The position numbers were made by a program, and so were the translations under genes. A stretch of 63,758 nucleotides of DNA, counting the filler, from Octopus bimaculoides (Eukaryota): the NCBI RefSeq assembly GCF_001194135.2. It is 7 parts of 7 records of this genome, joined end to end, with 100 filler letters (N's around TTAATTAATTAA, not from the genome) between each part and the next. Parts side by side here need not be neighbours in the genome. Positions count along the whole stretch, not along the records: positions 62,569 to 63,758 come from NW_026332071.1; 6 more parts are not named here. One strand, 5' to 3'. The notes beneath the pieces were generated by a model. It did not search any database. It saw only the letters and a list, made by a program, of their open reading frames with translations, and was not told the DNA's origin. Below, piece by piece: positions 62,719-63,758 of this stretch; position 1 is the stretch's first letter; each line of letters starts with the position of its first letter.

Positions 62719-63546
62719 CTGCAACAAAAAATAAACTTGAGGTTAGCTTTATTACTACTACTATTTCCACAGCTCATGTTAGTAAAAGACTACAACTGCA
62801 CTCAGATGAAGAAATGTGAACATATTTGATACATTAAGGGAAATATTGTCCAAAATATTTCACTCATATGTCTATGAAATGATGGTAAAATATCTTGCTT
62901 TAAGGTAAGGCAGCAATATCATCTGGAAAAAACCAAACCGCTGTGGCCCATTGAACATGGAAATTGAAGTTGACATCTGACAGACTAACCTTTCACAGTA
63001 TTACAAGCTAATTAATGCATAGTAGTCAAAAAGACTATACAAACGAATGTTTCTTCATCAAAAGTCCTCAAGATGTGGCTATTCCATACAAATTTAGCTG
63101 GCAAATTGACACAGTTAAGATGAAACAAAACCCATTTCTAAATGCATGCAGTTTAACCTATGGAGGCTAATCTTGAATACACACATATCCAACACCCCAG
63201 ATACTTGACAAACTACACTATCAAGGCATGTATTTAACGAATCAGAGTAAATTAAATCTATTTACTTCTTGTTAGACACCACAACTGAACATAACAAGGA
63301 TAATTCTAACCCTGACTATATAGTTCTATACCTCTTTGTCAATTGAATATGAAAGTTCAACATTCAGATCATCATCATCTCATACAGATTGGTCTGCTTA
63401 CACCCACACCTCATTATCGTTTAATTTATCATAGAAGAAAGCCACAATATTTACAAGACTATCACGAATAGACAAAACCCACATCCTTTCACAATAAATT
63501 ACTGATGTCCACGTTCAATGATAAAAACAAAAACAGAAAAACTTAC

Positions 63547-63758
63547 CTCAACTGAACCTTCTGGGAAACGAAACCGTTTCTGTACAACAGATGTCAATTC
63601 TCTGATCCGTCGTCCTTTCTCTCCAAGAACATTCTGGGTTCTGGTGGCCAAAATAATGATCTCGGTTCTGGTGGGAGTTACACGGACTTCAACACCACTG
63701 TAGCCATCTTCTGACAATTCCTTCATGAGGAAATTGTTCAGTTCGGCACGGAACACAC
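63547..63758 (-). CDS. RPS3: 40S ribosomal protein S3 (uS3), KH-domain exon, extends beyond the window
   Basis: [70 protein letters not shown], then GAG|GTAAGT donor at 63546; splices in frame to 62718. Confidence 0.98.

Noticed and set aside
62719-63546. Intronic C/D snoRNA in RPS3 (vertebrate RPS3 introns host U15); CTGA at 63364-63367 with ATGATA/ATAATGA upstream on the minus strand
   Set aside because: C box imperfect, no terminal stem, guide region is a GAT repeat, and the 9-nt match to 28S (GTAAGCAGA) is on the wrong strand. A snoScan or Infernal search would settle it.
1-63758. CRISPR arrays, rRNA or bona fide tRNA genes
   Set aside because: None seen; tRNA-like boxes all belong to SINE heads and repeated units are dispersed SINEs, not regularly spaced arrays.

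Overview
Repeat-rich, AT-rich, gap-riddled eukaryotic genomic DNA, most likely an octopus (inferred from the microsatellite density and tRNA/CORE-type SINE families; not provable from this window). The only firmly identified host gene is ribosomal protein uS3 (RPS3): two minus-strand exons at the right end (63547 to beyond the window edge, and 62624-62718) with canonical splice sites and an unusual IGQLPVRR variant of the normally conserved GGLAVRR motif. The rest is mostly decayed mobile DNA: four RTE LINE fragments, a complete but internally deleted Gypsy LTR element (7966-11063, TG..CA, 5-bp TSD GATAA) nested in one RTE, five R4/Dong-type LINE fragments at (TAA)n tracts, a 5'-intact L1/Tx1-type LINE, a Penelope GIY-YIG fragment, Tc1 and DD37D (maT) transposase remnants, MITEs, a Helitron-type end, and about 25 SINEs. 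Six 100-bp gaps carry an artificial TTAATTAATTAA linker, so adjacency across them is uncertain. Most ORFs in the supplied track are microsatellite or N-run artefacts. I found no clearly new multi-gene system. The best leads are a very recent 382-bp inverted copy of Gypsy gag that can form a long hairpin, a degenerate minimal hammerhead ribozyme, the RPS3 substitutions next to the mRNA-channel arginines, and several unassigned minus-strand exon candidates (a signal-peptide-like exon and an 18-nt microexon). Repeat boundaries are read by eye and approximate unless a TSD or TIR is quoted.
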